A stretch of DNA of 63,474 nucleotides, the filler included, from Thraustochytrium aureum (Eukaryota): the NCBI GenBank assembly GCA_012862495.1. It is 10 parts of 6 records of this genome, joined end to end, with 100 filler letters (N's around TTAATTAATTAA, not from the genome) between each part and the next. Parts side by side here need not be neighbours in the genome. Positions count along the whole stretch, not along the records: positions 1 to 7,840 come from BLSG01000051.1; positions 7,941 to 18,105 come from BLSG01000051.1; 8 more parts are not named here. One strand, written 5' to 3'. A program made the translations under genes and the position numbers. Within the stretch, counting starts at the first letter, position 1. The number at the start of each line of letters is the position of its first letter. Shown piece by piece: positions 1-10,937 of the stretch. The notes beneath the pieces are model-generated. The model worked only from the letters and a program-made list of their open reading frames with translations, ran no database searches and was not told the origin of the DNA.

Positions 1-344
1 GACCAGCACCGGCAAAAAGGCGATCATCAGCGTCACGGAGCGGCTCCCGAGCGCCTTGCATCCGCCGCCCCTCATCAGCCCGTGCAAGTCTTGACCGTCC
101 GAAACAGTGGCGCCTGCAAAAGAAGCAAGGAACTTTCCTCCGCCTCCACTGCAGTCCCTCCTCCGCAAACCCCCTCACACAGAGGGCGCTTGCCCCTCTC
201 CTCAGACCCTTCCCGCAAACCACAGTCGCGAACCTGCTGCGCCCTCACAGGGTATTCAGAGGGGTTCTTCGAGTTCGCTTGGGCTTTCGCTCTCCGGCGG
301 CCTTTGACGAGTAGGTACGTGCCCTCAGAGTCTCCTGCTTTGTT

Positions 345-496
345 CGTTCGTTCGTTCGTTCGCTCGCTCGCCTGCTTGTGTGACCTTGATCTCAGTCAAG
401 AAGAGAGTGAGGACAGGAGGAGCCTGAGAGCGAGCAAGCGAGCAAGCAAGCGAGTGCGTGAGTGAGTGCGTGCGTGAGTGAGTGAGTGAGTGAGTC
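345..496. repeat. Tetranucleotide microsatellites (TTCG, GCAA/GCGA, GAGT)n
   Basis: Directly visible runs such as ttcgttcgttcg, gcgagcaagcgagcaagcaag and gagtgagtgagt. Confidence 0.85.
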
Positions 497-594
497 GGGG
501 ATAGAAAGAGTTCGGGTGTTGTTCAGCGGCAGGCACGCGAGCGGGAGCCGCGTCGCGCGAGGCTGCGCCCATTCTTGTTGCTGCTCGTCCTCGC

Positions 595-845
595 CAGCCT
601 GCCAGCCACTGCCGGCCTGAGTGCCGGAGTGCCTGCCTGCGCGCCTGCGTGCCTGTCTGCGCGCAGGCCTGCCCGCCAGCCTGCCCGCCAGCCAGCCAGC
701 CAGCCAGCCCGCTTGCTGCCTGCGTGCAAGCCGCCTGCCTGCGTTCCTGCCAGCCAGCGTGCAAGCCCGCCTGCCTGCGTTCCTGCCAGCCAGCCTGCCA
801 GCCAGCCTGCCTGCGTGCCTGCCAGCCTGCCTGCGCGCCTGCCGG
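595..845. repeat. Degenerate GCCT/GCCA tetranucleotide array upstream of the first gene
   Basis: Repeated gcctgccagccagcctgcc units; explains the long low-complexity ORFs in several frames. Confidence 0.85.
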
Positions 846-928
846 ACTTGCTCCGTCGCCTGGCCTGGCGCAAGTCTCGGCGCGGCTGGGCGGCTGGGCT
901 CGAGGCGCCCTGCTACTTCGGCAGGAGC

Positions 929-2980
929 ATGGACCGCTCGGAGGACGCCAGCAGGCCCGCGGAAGCGATGACACGACTCGCAGACAAGCAGCGCAGCGAA
1001 GGACTCGAGCGAGCCGCGCCAGTGAGCTCGACCAGTATGCTGAGGGCCGTGACTGTGCCCGAGCGAGTGGACCTCGTGGAGAGCGCAGGCACACTCTCCC
1101 GGACGGGAGCTGGCGACGTCCACGAGGGCGCCTTGGTGAGCCGCCTCGCCGAGCTGCGAGGCCAGGTCAGCAAGCTGCCGCACGACCATGACGCGGTGCT
1201 TGTGCTGTTCCTGAGCCCGCAGACAAAGGGCAAGACCGCGCTTCTTGCCGACCTGCTCGGCAAGCGCGCAGATGAGGTAGAGGGCCTGTCCGACAAGGCC
1301 GAGCCGCTCAAACTGTTTCAAGACCCCCGCCACGGCGTGAGCGCGCTCGCGGTGCAGACCGGCGGGCTCGGGACGATCACCGACGAAGCCGCGCACCTGA
1401 TGGCCGCGTGCCAAGTCTGCATGCACGCCAAGTCCGTCGCCGGGTACGTGCTCTACTTGCCGGCCGGAGCGGCGCTGCAAGGGCCTAGCGACCTGTTCCG
1501 CAACGTCCTCGGCGCGCTGGGCACGCTGTTCCCGGACGAAGAGGAGGACGCGAAGCGGTCGTGCGTGGTCTTCCTGGCAGAGGCCGGGCTGGAGGCCCCC
1601 GATCTCGAGAGCTGCCGCGCTGCGCTGCTGCGCGTCAAAGAGAGCCAGCCAGGCACGTTTTCCGACGCCGAGGTCCGCGGCGCTTCCCTCGCGCTAAAAC
1701 ACGCTCACCTGAAAACAAAAGGCGCCAAACCCTTCGACTGGGCCTTTATCGACCAGTGGATCGTGCAAGGCGCGGCAGAGTCGGCCTCGCGGGCGGAGGG
1801 CGAGCTCAACTCCATGAGCGAGTCCTTCGACCGCATCGACACCGCCTGCGACGCGGACTTGCCAGCGCTGCGGCGCCTGGTCCCAATGGCGGCAACAAGC
1901 ATCCTCGAACAGCTATACTACAAACACTGCGACGAGCTCTCCGAGGTGCTTGACGACCTGGACGCCTATCTGGAGCGCCTCGAAGAGCTCAACAAGGTGG
2001 CCCACTGCACCGTGCCCGACGCCGCCGGCGCTGCCACTGGGCCGACGTCGAGCGGAGACCCAGACGACGGGGCTATCGCCATTTTAGAGTCGCTGGCCAA
2101 CTCCAAAAAAACAGATCCTCGCAGAGGCCAAGGCCAAAGCCGCCGCTGCCGCGGCAGAGATAGCAGAGTGCGATGCGAATATTCGCGCGGAGGGGCTCGA
2201 CTCGGAGCGCGAGGTCCAAGTGTGGCGCGATTCGTTCGAGCCTGCCAGCTCGCTGTTCGGGCGCCACGCAAAGGTCAAGCGGTTCGAGTATCCGCTCGGC
2301 ATCCCGTTCAAGCGAGCAGTGATCCAGCCCGACATCGCAGACAAGGCGTTAAAGATAAACGTGCTTCGCTACGACAACCTGCCGCAGCGAGGCACTTTCG
2401 CCCTGGAGGTGAGCGTGAAGAAGCCGCTGTTCGGGCACCTCAAGCGGATCCGGGTCGCGATCGTCGTTGCACACCGCAATCTACCTGATGTGGCCGCGAA
2501 GCGGCGAGCCTACGAAATGAAGCGCGCGCGCTCAGAAAAGGCCCGCGCCCGCGCCCAGGAGGAGATTGCGGCCTTGGAGGACGACCTCGTCAAGCTTGCA
2601 GAAACCAAGGCGCTCACAGTCCAGGACCTCCGCGCTGGCCGGAGCACGGCTGACGCCGAGGCAGACGCGNNNNNNNNNNNNNNNNNNNNNNNNNNNNNNN
2701 NNNNNNNNNNNNNNNNNNNNNNNNNNNNNNNNNNNNNNNNNNNNNNNNNNNNNNNNNNNNNNNNNNNNNNNNNAAGCTGCCCAACTCCGCGCGCACCCTG
2801 TGGCCCAGATCGATGCTGACGCGTTTTTCGCCGCAACGTGCTTCGGTCGCTCGCATACATACCGCTCGCCAGGTATGAAGAAACCGTCGCTGGCGTGCTT
2901 CGCCGCACAGACATGGCCCTCCTCGAGGGCGCCGCGCCGCCTGCCGCGCCAGCGTTGCCGAGTTCCAACGCCAAATGATA
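929..2980 (+). CDS. Hypothetical protein with a degenerate P-loop-like motif and C-terminal coiled coils (frameshifted, gapped)
   Basis: ATG at 929 in the 575..2488 ORF; VLVLFLSPQTKGKTALL resembles beta-strand + Walker A; apparent frameshift at the A-run near 2105 into the 2220..2819 frame; N gap at 2670-2773; end approximate. Confidence 0.55.
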
Positions 2981-3408
2981 CGGCCGGTGAGGCAGTCGAT
3001 CGGAAGGGCTCCCGACGGCTTGGCTTGGGGAAGAGCGGTGCCGTGCAAAGACCAAGAGAGTCAAGCGGCGAGGCTTTCGTTTGCAGCACGCTGAGAGTGC
3101 GGTGCGCCCATCCTCGCCAGGAGCAAAGTTTATATTTTTGTTGTTGCACTGTCGACCTGGAGGCAAAGGCGCCTGGGCGGCAAGCAGGATCCGCATAGTA
3201 TGCGGACTTGCGCTGGTTTTTGGGTTCTTGGCAGACAATGCCTTGACGAGTGCGGCGGGGTGCTAGGTTGCACTCAACAGCGCACTCACGCAAGCGCGCA
3301 CGCACTCTATAGAGGTGAGGCCCCGTCGCGAGTGCGCGGGGAGGGCAAAAGACTCAGACTCAAATTCCTTGGTTCCAACTTTCTGTGTTGATCAATCAAG
3401 ACCAGCTC

Positions 3409-5910
3409 TTACTGATGGTCAGCCGAAAACTCAATGTTGTTGACGCCCCCGAGCGACTTGACCGAGTCGGAAAGCATCGTCGCGAGCGGCGACGGTCCGC
3501 AAAACCCGATCGTCATGGCCGGGTCTTTGCCTGCAGCGTCCAGGTTGGCGCGCACCCCGCGGAGAAAGCGCAAGATGTGCGAGTGGGGCGCGTCCAGCGA
3601 GCCTTGCACGAGGCGCGAGAGGAAAAACTCCTGAATTTCCACGTAGTTGTCGGAGATCTGCTTGGGCTGCTCAAAGCCAATGTCGCCAAGCATCAGCTCG
3701 TCAATGTCCATCGCCGGGTTGGAGGCCGGGCTGGGCATAAACATCGAATCTGGCAAGACAGGGCTCGCGGCGGCCGCGGCCGCGGCGTTTTGCTTGTGTG
3801 CCCGCATCCGCTCTGCGGCGGTCATCGTCATGTCCGTGTCCATGCTGAAGGTGACGCTCGGCCCGGATTGGCTGTGGGACACCGTGCTCGGAGCACTGGA
3901 GAGTCCAGAGGCAGGCGAAGTGGGGCCAAGTCCAGTATCATGGGCGACCACGCCGTTTCCGAGCCCCCCTGTGACGCGGCCTTTGGCTTTGGGGTCGATC
4001 CAGGTCTGCGTGAGCACCGGTTCCTCGCCGCGCGCGACGGAATCCCGGCGGTGGCGCACAAAGTCTTCGAGCTCCTCGTTCTTGACGCGAGAAATGTAAA
4101 TCATGGCGCCGAGCCAGTCAAAGACCTTGACGTTCGAGCCGAGCGTCATGGGGTTCAGAAGGCCGCGGTCTGCCGCGTCCACGCAGAGGTCGAGGATGCG
4201 GTCAAAGCACCAGGCCAAATCGGCAATGTCACGGCAAGACCAGACAAACCAGACACGCGCGGGCGTCTTCTCGCCCACGCTGCGCTTGCGGATAATCTCG
4301 CGCAGGACCGACTCGGCCGCGGTGATGCCCGTGCCGGCGCCGATGACGACACAGCCGGCGTACGAGGGGTCAAAGCAGCTGGAGAAGGTGGTGCCGAAAG
4401 GGCCGCGCACAAAGCCGGTGACCGGCTTGGGCGCGGCGGCACCGGTCTGGTTGACGAGCTTCATGAGCTTGTAGGTCCAGGTCTCGTCCACCATCTTGTC
4501 GGTGGGTGTCTTGGGCAGCTCGCCGCGGATGCCGATGTGGAGCTCAAACTTGTCGTCAGCGGTCTCGGAGGCGATGCTGAACGGGTGCCAGACCGGGTCG
4601 ATCGCAGGAATCATCACATAGACCCACTGCCCAGCGCCGATCTTGAGGCGGCCGCCGCAGCAGCCCGAGTCCTTCATCGCAAAGGTGAGGTGCATCGAGT
4701 TGATGTGCTGGCCAGGGCGCGCGTAGAGGTCGCGGCGCACCACGGTGATCGCCTTGGCGCGGAAGATTTCGTCGCGGAAGCGGTCGAGAAAGTAGATGCC
4801 CCACGAGACCAGCACGGGCCAGAACACGTCGAACCGGGCCACGAGAGCGAGTATGAGAATGCCGTAGGCCACGACGAGGTGGATGTAGTACACAAACTCA
4901 AACCAGTACGTGCGGAAAAACTTGAGGCAGCGCAGGAACTTTGGCGCCGGCTGGTTGCCCCAGTAGAGGAGCGGGAGCAGCGGGAACCAGGTGGTCCAGA
5001 CCAAGAAGCGGAGCATCATGACGTTCTCGACGGGGTCGAAAAAGTTGTTGACACGTGGGGCAAACGCCTCGCAGGCCTTGGTGGTCTTGGGGTCGTCGAC
5101 GTTGGTGCAGTCGTGGTACATGACGATCATCCACACGCCGGCGCCTGCAGCCAGGAGGCCGAGGATCATAAACCCGAGCTGCTTGTGGATGTGCACAAAG
5201 TCGTCGATCGGGATGTAGTGGCGCACCCCGGGCCACGCGTTGCTGATCACGCGCCAGATACCGCGCGTCATGGTGAGCGGCAGGAGGCCCAGGCTCATGA
5301 GCGCGCAGTGCATAAAGGCGTACACGAAGGGAATGCCCACGTTTTGGCGCTGGTTGCCCTCGTCCAGCTCGTACTGGGGCGGGACGTCGAAAAACGTGAC
5401 GCCAAACCCGCCAAGGCCCTTGACGGCGACGCCGTCGACGATGGGCTGGCGTCGCAGCGGCAGCGAGCCTTTGTTGATCTGCACCATCCACGAGATGAAG
5501 ATCGCCGCGAAAAGGATCCAGTAGAACGAGTAGAACAGCGGGTAGCGGCGCATGCGGCTGAACCAGACGCCCTTGGGCGGCTCGAACTCTTGCTGCAGCG
5601 CAGCGCCGTGGTCCAGGACGAGCCCACCCACTTCGCCGCCCTTGATAAAGTCGGGAGACATGTTGCTCACGCGCACCTTGAGGTTGGCATACGCCTCGCG
5701 GGCGACCCCCCACTTGCCGTCGTTGACGCCGCGCGTAAGCACCTCGGCAAGCGAAGCGTTCGGGTCTGGCGACTCGAGACCGCTCCGCGAGCTCCGGGCA
5801 ATGCGCCACAGCGAGCGGAGGGCGATCTTGACGCTCTGCTTGAATGACTCGACGTGCTCGCGGCCGGCAATCGCCGAAGCCATCTGCTCGGTGACCTGCT
5901 CGAGCTGCAT
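3409..5910 (-). CDS. NADPH oxidase / ferric reductase-like transmembrane flavocytochrome (5' end may lie in gap)
   Basis: Multi-TM region with HKQLG and FEFVYYIH; FAD-binding GQWVYV..P...WHPFSIAS; NADPH-binding VRGPFG, IGAGTGIT, WFVWSCR and C-terminal FCGP. Confidence 0.9.
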   Translation of the reverse strand: MQLEQVTEQMASAIAGREHVESFKQSVKIALRSLWRIARSSRSGLESPDPNASLAEVLTRGVNDGKWGVAREAYANLKVRVSNMSPDFIKGGEVGGLVLDHGAALQQEFEPPKGVWFSRMRRYPLFYSFYWILFAAIFISWMVQINKGSLPLRRQPIVDGVAVKGLGGFGVTFFDVPPQYELDEGNQRQNVGIPFVYAFMHCALMSLGLLPLTMTRGIWRVISNAWPGVRHYIPIDDFVHIHKQLGFMILGLLAAGAGVWMIVMYHDCTNVDDPKTTKACEAFAPRVNNFFDPVENVMMLRFLVWTTWFPLLPLLYWGNQPAPKFLRCLKFFRTYWFEFVYYIHLVVAYGILILALVARFDVFWPVLVSWGIYFLDRFRDEIFRAKAITVVRRDLYARPGQHINSMHLTFAMKDSGCCGGRLKIGAGQWVYVMIPAIDPVWHPFSIASETADDKFELHIGIRGELPKTPTDKMVDETWTYKLMKLVNQTGAAAPKPVTGFVRGPFGTTFSSCFDPSYAGCVVIGAGTGITAAESVLREIIRKRSVGEKTPARVWFVWSCRDIADLAWCFDRILDLCVDAADRGLLNPMTLGSNVKVFDWLGAMIYISRVKNEELEDFVRHRRDSVARGEEPVLTQTWIDPKAKGRVTGGLGNGVVAHDTGLGPTSPASGLSSAPSTVSHSQSGPSVTFSMDTDMTMTAAERMRAHKQNAAAAAAASPVLPDSMFMPSPASNPAMDIDELMLGDIGFEQPKQISDNYVEIQEFFLSRLVQGSLDAPHSHILRFLRGVRANLDAAGKDPAMTIGFCGPSPLATMLSDSVKSLGGVNNIEFSADHQ

Positions 5911-7643
5911 GNNNNNNNNNNNNNNNNNNNNNNNNNNNNNNNNNNNNNNNNNNNNNNNNNNNNNNNNNNNNNNNNNNNNNNNNNNNNNNNNNNNNNNNNN
6001 NNNNNNNNNNNNNNNNNNNNNNNNNNNNNNNNNNNNNNNNNNNNNNNNNNNNNNNNNNNNNNNNNNNNNNNNNNNNNNNNNNNNNNNNNNNNNNNNNNNN
6101 NNNNNNNNNNNNNNNNNNNNNNNNNNNNNNNNNNNNNNNNNNNNNNNNNNNNNNNNNNNNNNNNNNNNNNNNNNNNNNNNNNNNNNNNNNNNNNNNNNNN
6201 NNNNNNNNNNNNNNNNNNNNNNNNNNNNNNNNNNNNNNNNNNNNNNNNNNNNNNNNNNNNNNNNNNNNNNNNNNNNNNNNNNNNNNNNNNNNNNNNNNNN
6301 NNNNNNNNNNNNNNNNNNNNNNNNNNNNNNNNNNNNNNNNNNNNNNNNNNNNNNNNNNNNNNNNNNNNNNNNNNNNNNNNNNNNNNNNNNNNNNNNNNNN
6401 NNNNNNNNNNNNNNNNNNNNNNNNNNNNNNNNNNNNNNNNNNNNNNNNNNNNNNNNNNNNNNNNNNNNNNNNNNNNNNNNNNNNNNNNNNNNNNNNNNNN
6501 NNNNNNNNNNNNNNNNNNNNNNNNNNNNNNNNNNNNNNNNNNNNNNNNNNNNNNNNNNNNNNNNNNNNNNNNNNNNNNNNNNNNNNNNNNNNNNNNNNNN
6601 NNNNNNNNNNNNNGAGTCAGCTGCGCAGAGTCAGCGCAGCTCGCAATCCGCGCCCTCCAACCGATCGCGTTGGGGGTCTGGCAGCCGACTGTGAGCTGAA
6701 ACAACAGCGCCAGCTCACATGATCAGGAGCTGCTGGAGGCGCCTCCATCATCATCACGAAGGCACTTGATGATGGTGAGCTGGTTGTTTGTGAGCTGCTG
6801 CTGGCAGTGGGTGGTCTGTCGGTCGGTTGGGTGGGTACGGAGCTCCTGCCTCTGGCATGCGGCGCGCTCCCCTCCTCCTGCTTCTTCTTCTTCGTCTCCG
6901 AGTCCTCACGGCGCCTCACTGGCAGGGGAGAGGCGCTGCGCTGCTCTTGACCGCCAGCACATGATCATCCATCATCATCGTGGCATGATCCGGTCCTGCA
7001 CGTGGCGGTCGTCAGAAGAAGCAATCAATCTTGACGAAAAACGTTGTTCGATCGAGTTCAAGTTCCAACCGCCTCCAGGATCGACCCCGGATGGCGGCGG
7101 CGGCTGCTGCACCGGGTGTACCGGTTCATCCTCTTCATCCTCTACCTCCTACCTCCTGCCTGGCTGCCCGCCTACAACGAATGAATGATGATGTGAGGCG
7201 GTGAGGTTCGTTCAGTTCAGTTCAGGTGTTACAACCAGAGAGTGGTAGAGTACCCTACTTCATCGAGCGAGAGGTGACGAGGCTGACGAGGCTGACGAGG
7301 CTGACGATGACCAGCGAGCCCGACATCGGAAGCCCACCATCATGCGTCAGCAGTGGTCTTGATCAAGTAATCATCATCAGAATCAGATCAGAATGCAGAC
7401 TTTTCGTTTTGCAAATTGATCAAGACGACAGCGCGCGAAGCGTCGCGCGCAGGGATGCCCCGTGTCAGGCCAAGGAGAATCAGTCAGCAAGGAGGACTCT
7501 GCTACTAGTAGTTGTAGAGTTCTCTTGGCAAGCAGGGGCGCCTCGTTCGCGACGAGTCGGATGCGAGAGCGAAAATGCGCAAGGCGGAATGGTCACATGG
7601 CGAATGCTACGAAAGAGATGGCCGTCGCGGTAAGGCGGGCGAG

Positions 7644-7840
7644 CTAGTTGGCACCAAGGGCCTCGGTCGGCACCTCGCCGGAAAAGTCGTTCATGGCAGC
7701 GTTAACAGCACCATCGAGGTCCGACCGGCGCACCATGATGAAAAATGGCAAAAACTCGGAAAACGAGACCGTCCCCGACGCGTTCACGTCGATGCCCTCG
7801 AACAGCGCGAGCGCGCGGCGGATGTCGATCTCCTCCGAAC
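7644..7840 (-). CDS. C-terminal EF-hand fragment of a gene running into the gap
   Basis: Manual translation SEEIDIRRALALFEGIDVNASGTVSFSEFLPFF...LGAN*; canonical EF-hand loop DVNASGTVSFSE. Confidence 0.7.
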
Positions 7841-7940
7841 NNNNNNNNNNNNNNNNNNNNNNNNNNNNNNNNNNNNNNNNNNNNTTAATTAATTAANNNN
7901 NNNNNNNNNNNNNNNNNNNNNNNNNNNNNNNNNNNNNNNN
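7841..7940. other. Artificial 100-nt gap spacer N44-TTAATTAATTAA-N44 (core also at 18150, 41776, 49222, 55518, 56998, 59274, 60955, 62134)
   Basis: Identical 12-mer giving stops in all six frames, always centred in Ns. Confidence 0.97.
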
Positions 7941-8273
7941 AGAAGGCTCTCCTGGCGACGCCTGCGCTCGCTCGCTCGATCGATCGCTCGCTCGCTCGCT
8001 CGCGCTGCCGCGGCGCCGTTCGGACTCTGCCCCGCCCACGGCTCCCTCGCGCTTTCCGCCTCATTCGCTTTGTTCGTGCGCAACGGGAGCTGCCTTTGGG
8101 CATTTTGCCTTGCCTTGCTTTGCCTTGCTTTGCCTGGCGTCCGATGGGCATGCGACACCAGGAAGCGGCCCCGGATGGACGCGCCAGGCGCTCGGCTCGG
8201 CGGCGGCTTGCTGCGCTCGTGCTGCGCTCGTGCTGCGGTGTTTACACACAAGTGAATGACACGAGTTAGTTTG

Positions 8274-10231
8274 TTATGGGGCGGCCACCTCGGCTGCCTT
8301 GGCGGCCAAGTAGACCGGCAAGAACTCCGCAAAGGTGATCGACTCGGACATGTCCGAGTCGGCGGACTCGAACAGCGAGAGCGCGCGCTCCAGGTCCATC
8401 GCCGCGGCGAGCCAAAGGTCGTCCACGCAGAGCAGGAAACCCTCCAAGTCCAGCGCGCCCTCGATGCTGCCCGCAGCGCGCTCGAACGCGGAGCGCGCAC
8501 ACGCCACGAGGCTGTCCGGCCGTGCGCCGACGACGGCAGCGTCGTGTCTGATCGACATCCGCCCTTGGCTCTGCAAGCGCCCAACGCGGGCGCCGGCGGC
8601 GAGCGCCGAAGGCCGGCGCTCTGGGTCCTGCGCCCAGCAGTCTTGCATGAGGTCGAACACCGCCGAGGCTGTCGCAGTGTCGCGGCGCGCGAGGCGGTTG
8701 TCAGGCCGGTGCCCGGAGCAAACAAGGCGCAATATCGAGGCTGCGGTCCCAACGCGCATGTCGCCGCCCCACGGCGCTCGGCCAGTGAGCATCTCCCAGC
8801 AGATGACTCCCAAACTGAATATATCCGCTTTCTCATCCCAGGTTGACCCGGCGAGTATCTCCGGGGCAGCCCAGGGCAGCGCGGCATGGAGCCCGCCCAC
8901 GGACAAGTACGCGGACTTTGGTTCAGCAACCTTGGCGCTCCGGCCAAAGTTGGTCAGGCGTGGCCTCATCGTGCCTCGCTCCACGAGCACGCTGGGCGAT
9001 TTCAGGTCGCGGTGAACGATCTGGCGCGCGTGCAGCGCAGCGAGGCCTTCGCAGATGCCGGCTAGAACCGTCACGATCGCGGCATCCTCGAGGGGCCCCT
9101 GCGCGAGGCAGCTGCGCAGGTCGCCACCGGAAACGAACTGCATGACCAAGAACGGCGCCTGCGCGCGCTCGTCGGCTTGATACATCCGAACAATGCTAGG
9201 CGTGCCGGAGAGGTCGCGCAGCCGCGCGATCTCTATCGAGGCTTCTTTTGCGCCGCGTTGGTCGCGAAAGACCTTGACCGCGACAGGGGTCCCCGTCCGG
9301 CCGCAAGACGCCCTGGTAGACGAGCGCCCTCCCTGCATTGCTGACCAGTCGCTGGATGTCAACGCCCGCAATGTCCGGAAAGGCGTCCGCGTTCGCCTCC
9401 GCCTCGCCGGACCTGGCCAACAGGCCCCTCTGGGAACGGGGTCTCGAGCCTCTCGCGGAACGGCACGACCACGAGCTCCATCGTGTCGTTAGCGCGGAGC
9501 ACGGTGCTCGCGTGGAAGAACCGGGACTTGAGTTGGTTCCCGAGTGAAAGGAACTGGGCCTGGTCAAGGTACGCGCCTTGGCGAACCACGCCGATCACGG
9601 CCGCGAGGCAGGAGGCCGTTTCCGAGTTGTACGTCTCAAGCGTCGACCCTGGGGCAAACACAATGCGTACTACAAATCGGTCTACTGAGGTAGTCGCGTA
9701 CAGCGACAGCAGGCGCACTTTGAGCTGATTGTCCACGCCGAGGACCTGCACACTTGAATCCGGTTCGAAGACCACGCAGTTGACAAACTTTCCGCCGCGC
9801 GCCTCCGCGCTGCATCCGCCCGCGTCGATGTCCACCCCCCAAGTGCTCGTTTTGCATGCCGCGGGCCCCTCGCGCGCCCCGCTGGGGCTCACGAGCTCGA
9901 CCGAAGCCACGGCTCGCGCCACGGCTTGTCCAAACGCCGCGTTCGTCGCGCCGACCTCCTGGCCCCGTGCGAAGGCCTCCAGCACGCCCCTCAGCACAGC
10001 GCCCTCTTTCCAGTTCATGTGATTCTCGCGCGACGCGACCTTCAAGCTGGCCTTGCGCACGCGGCCAGCTCCGGTTCGCACGAGGACGGTGATGCATCTT
10101 TCGTCGCCGCCCTTTTTCGAACTAAACCCGACCAAGACGCTCTCCACGGCCACATCCTGCACTGGGGGCAGGACGACCTCTTCGACGCGCCGGACGAGCT
10201 CGCTCCAAAACGCGCCCGTCACCGCCTCCAT
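8274..10231 (-). CDS. TKL-like pseudokinase with N-terminal unknown domain and C-terminal EF-hand (frameshifted)
   Basis: Joined from ORFs 9359..10357, 9196..9567 and 8274..9371; VAVK, HRDLKSPS, WAAPE, ADIFSLG, CWAQDPERRP; EF loop DSDMSESITFAE. Confidence 0.8.
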
Positions 10232-10577
10232 CGGCCCGCGCCCCCGGGCAACCGACTTGGACTCGTTTGCCCACCTGAGCCGCTGCGTCCGCGCCCTCTT
10301 CGCGCACAGCCGCCCTCGGTTTATCCTCTTGCAGGCAGCTCGGGATGGCAGATTCAAACCACACTCGGTATATCCTCTTGCAGGCGTCGCTCCAGAAAAA
10401 CACCCGCGGTTTATCCTCGGTGCGACCTGTGGTCCGTCTGGTTTCTCCCTCGTTTAATCCTCTTGAGGCTCGCGCTGTTCTTTTTTGTTTTGTTTGGGTT
10501 TGTTGAGGGGTCGCGGCGCGGACCTGGAATCGGCAATTCCACTTCGGAGTTGCAGGTGGCCCAGGCCGCCGCGGGAG

Positions 10578-10647
10578 CCTTCCAGCCGTCCTTCCAGCCG
10601 TCCTTCCAGCCGTCCTTCCAGCCGTCCTTTCAGCCGTCCTTTCAGCC
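10578..10647. repeat. 12-bp tandem repeat (CCTTCCAGCCGT) x5-6
   Basis: Directly visible; lies between the divergent kinase and coiled-coil genes. Confidence 0.9.
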
Positions 10648-10937
10648 TGCAAGCGAGCGAGTCTGGCGCGAAGACGGGCAGGCGCGCACGCAGGAGCCGC
10701 GGAGTCTCGGCATTGCGGTCGCGGACACTCGCCAGCTCCACCTGGTTCAGGCCGGCCAGCAGCCAGCCAGACGGCCGGCCGACCTGCCAGCAAGCCAGAC
10801 GGGAGGCCAGGAGCCGCTGCGCCTTGGCCTGGCGCAGTTGGCATTCCTCAGGTTGGTCCAGGTCGCTGCGGAGGCGGGCAGCCAGGAGCGGCCAGTCTCG
10901 CCCCCTTCCCGGGCCAAGACGCGGAGGCGCGAACGGG

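Noticed and set aside
3385..5847. 820-aa plus-strand ORF and other long antisense ORFs (e.g. 10454..12430, 45614..47248)
   Set aside because: Shadow ORFs opposite high-GC genes; no recognisable motifs
6614..7640. Short ORFs in ATC/GATC-rich low-complexity DNA
   Set aside because: No motifs or coding-like pattern; looks intergenic
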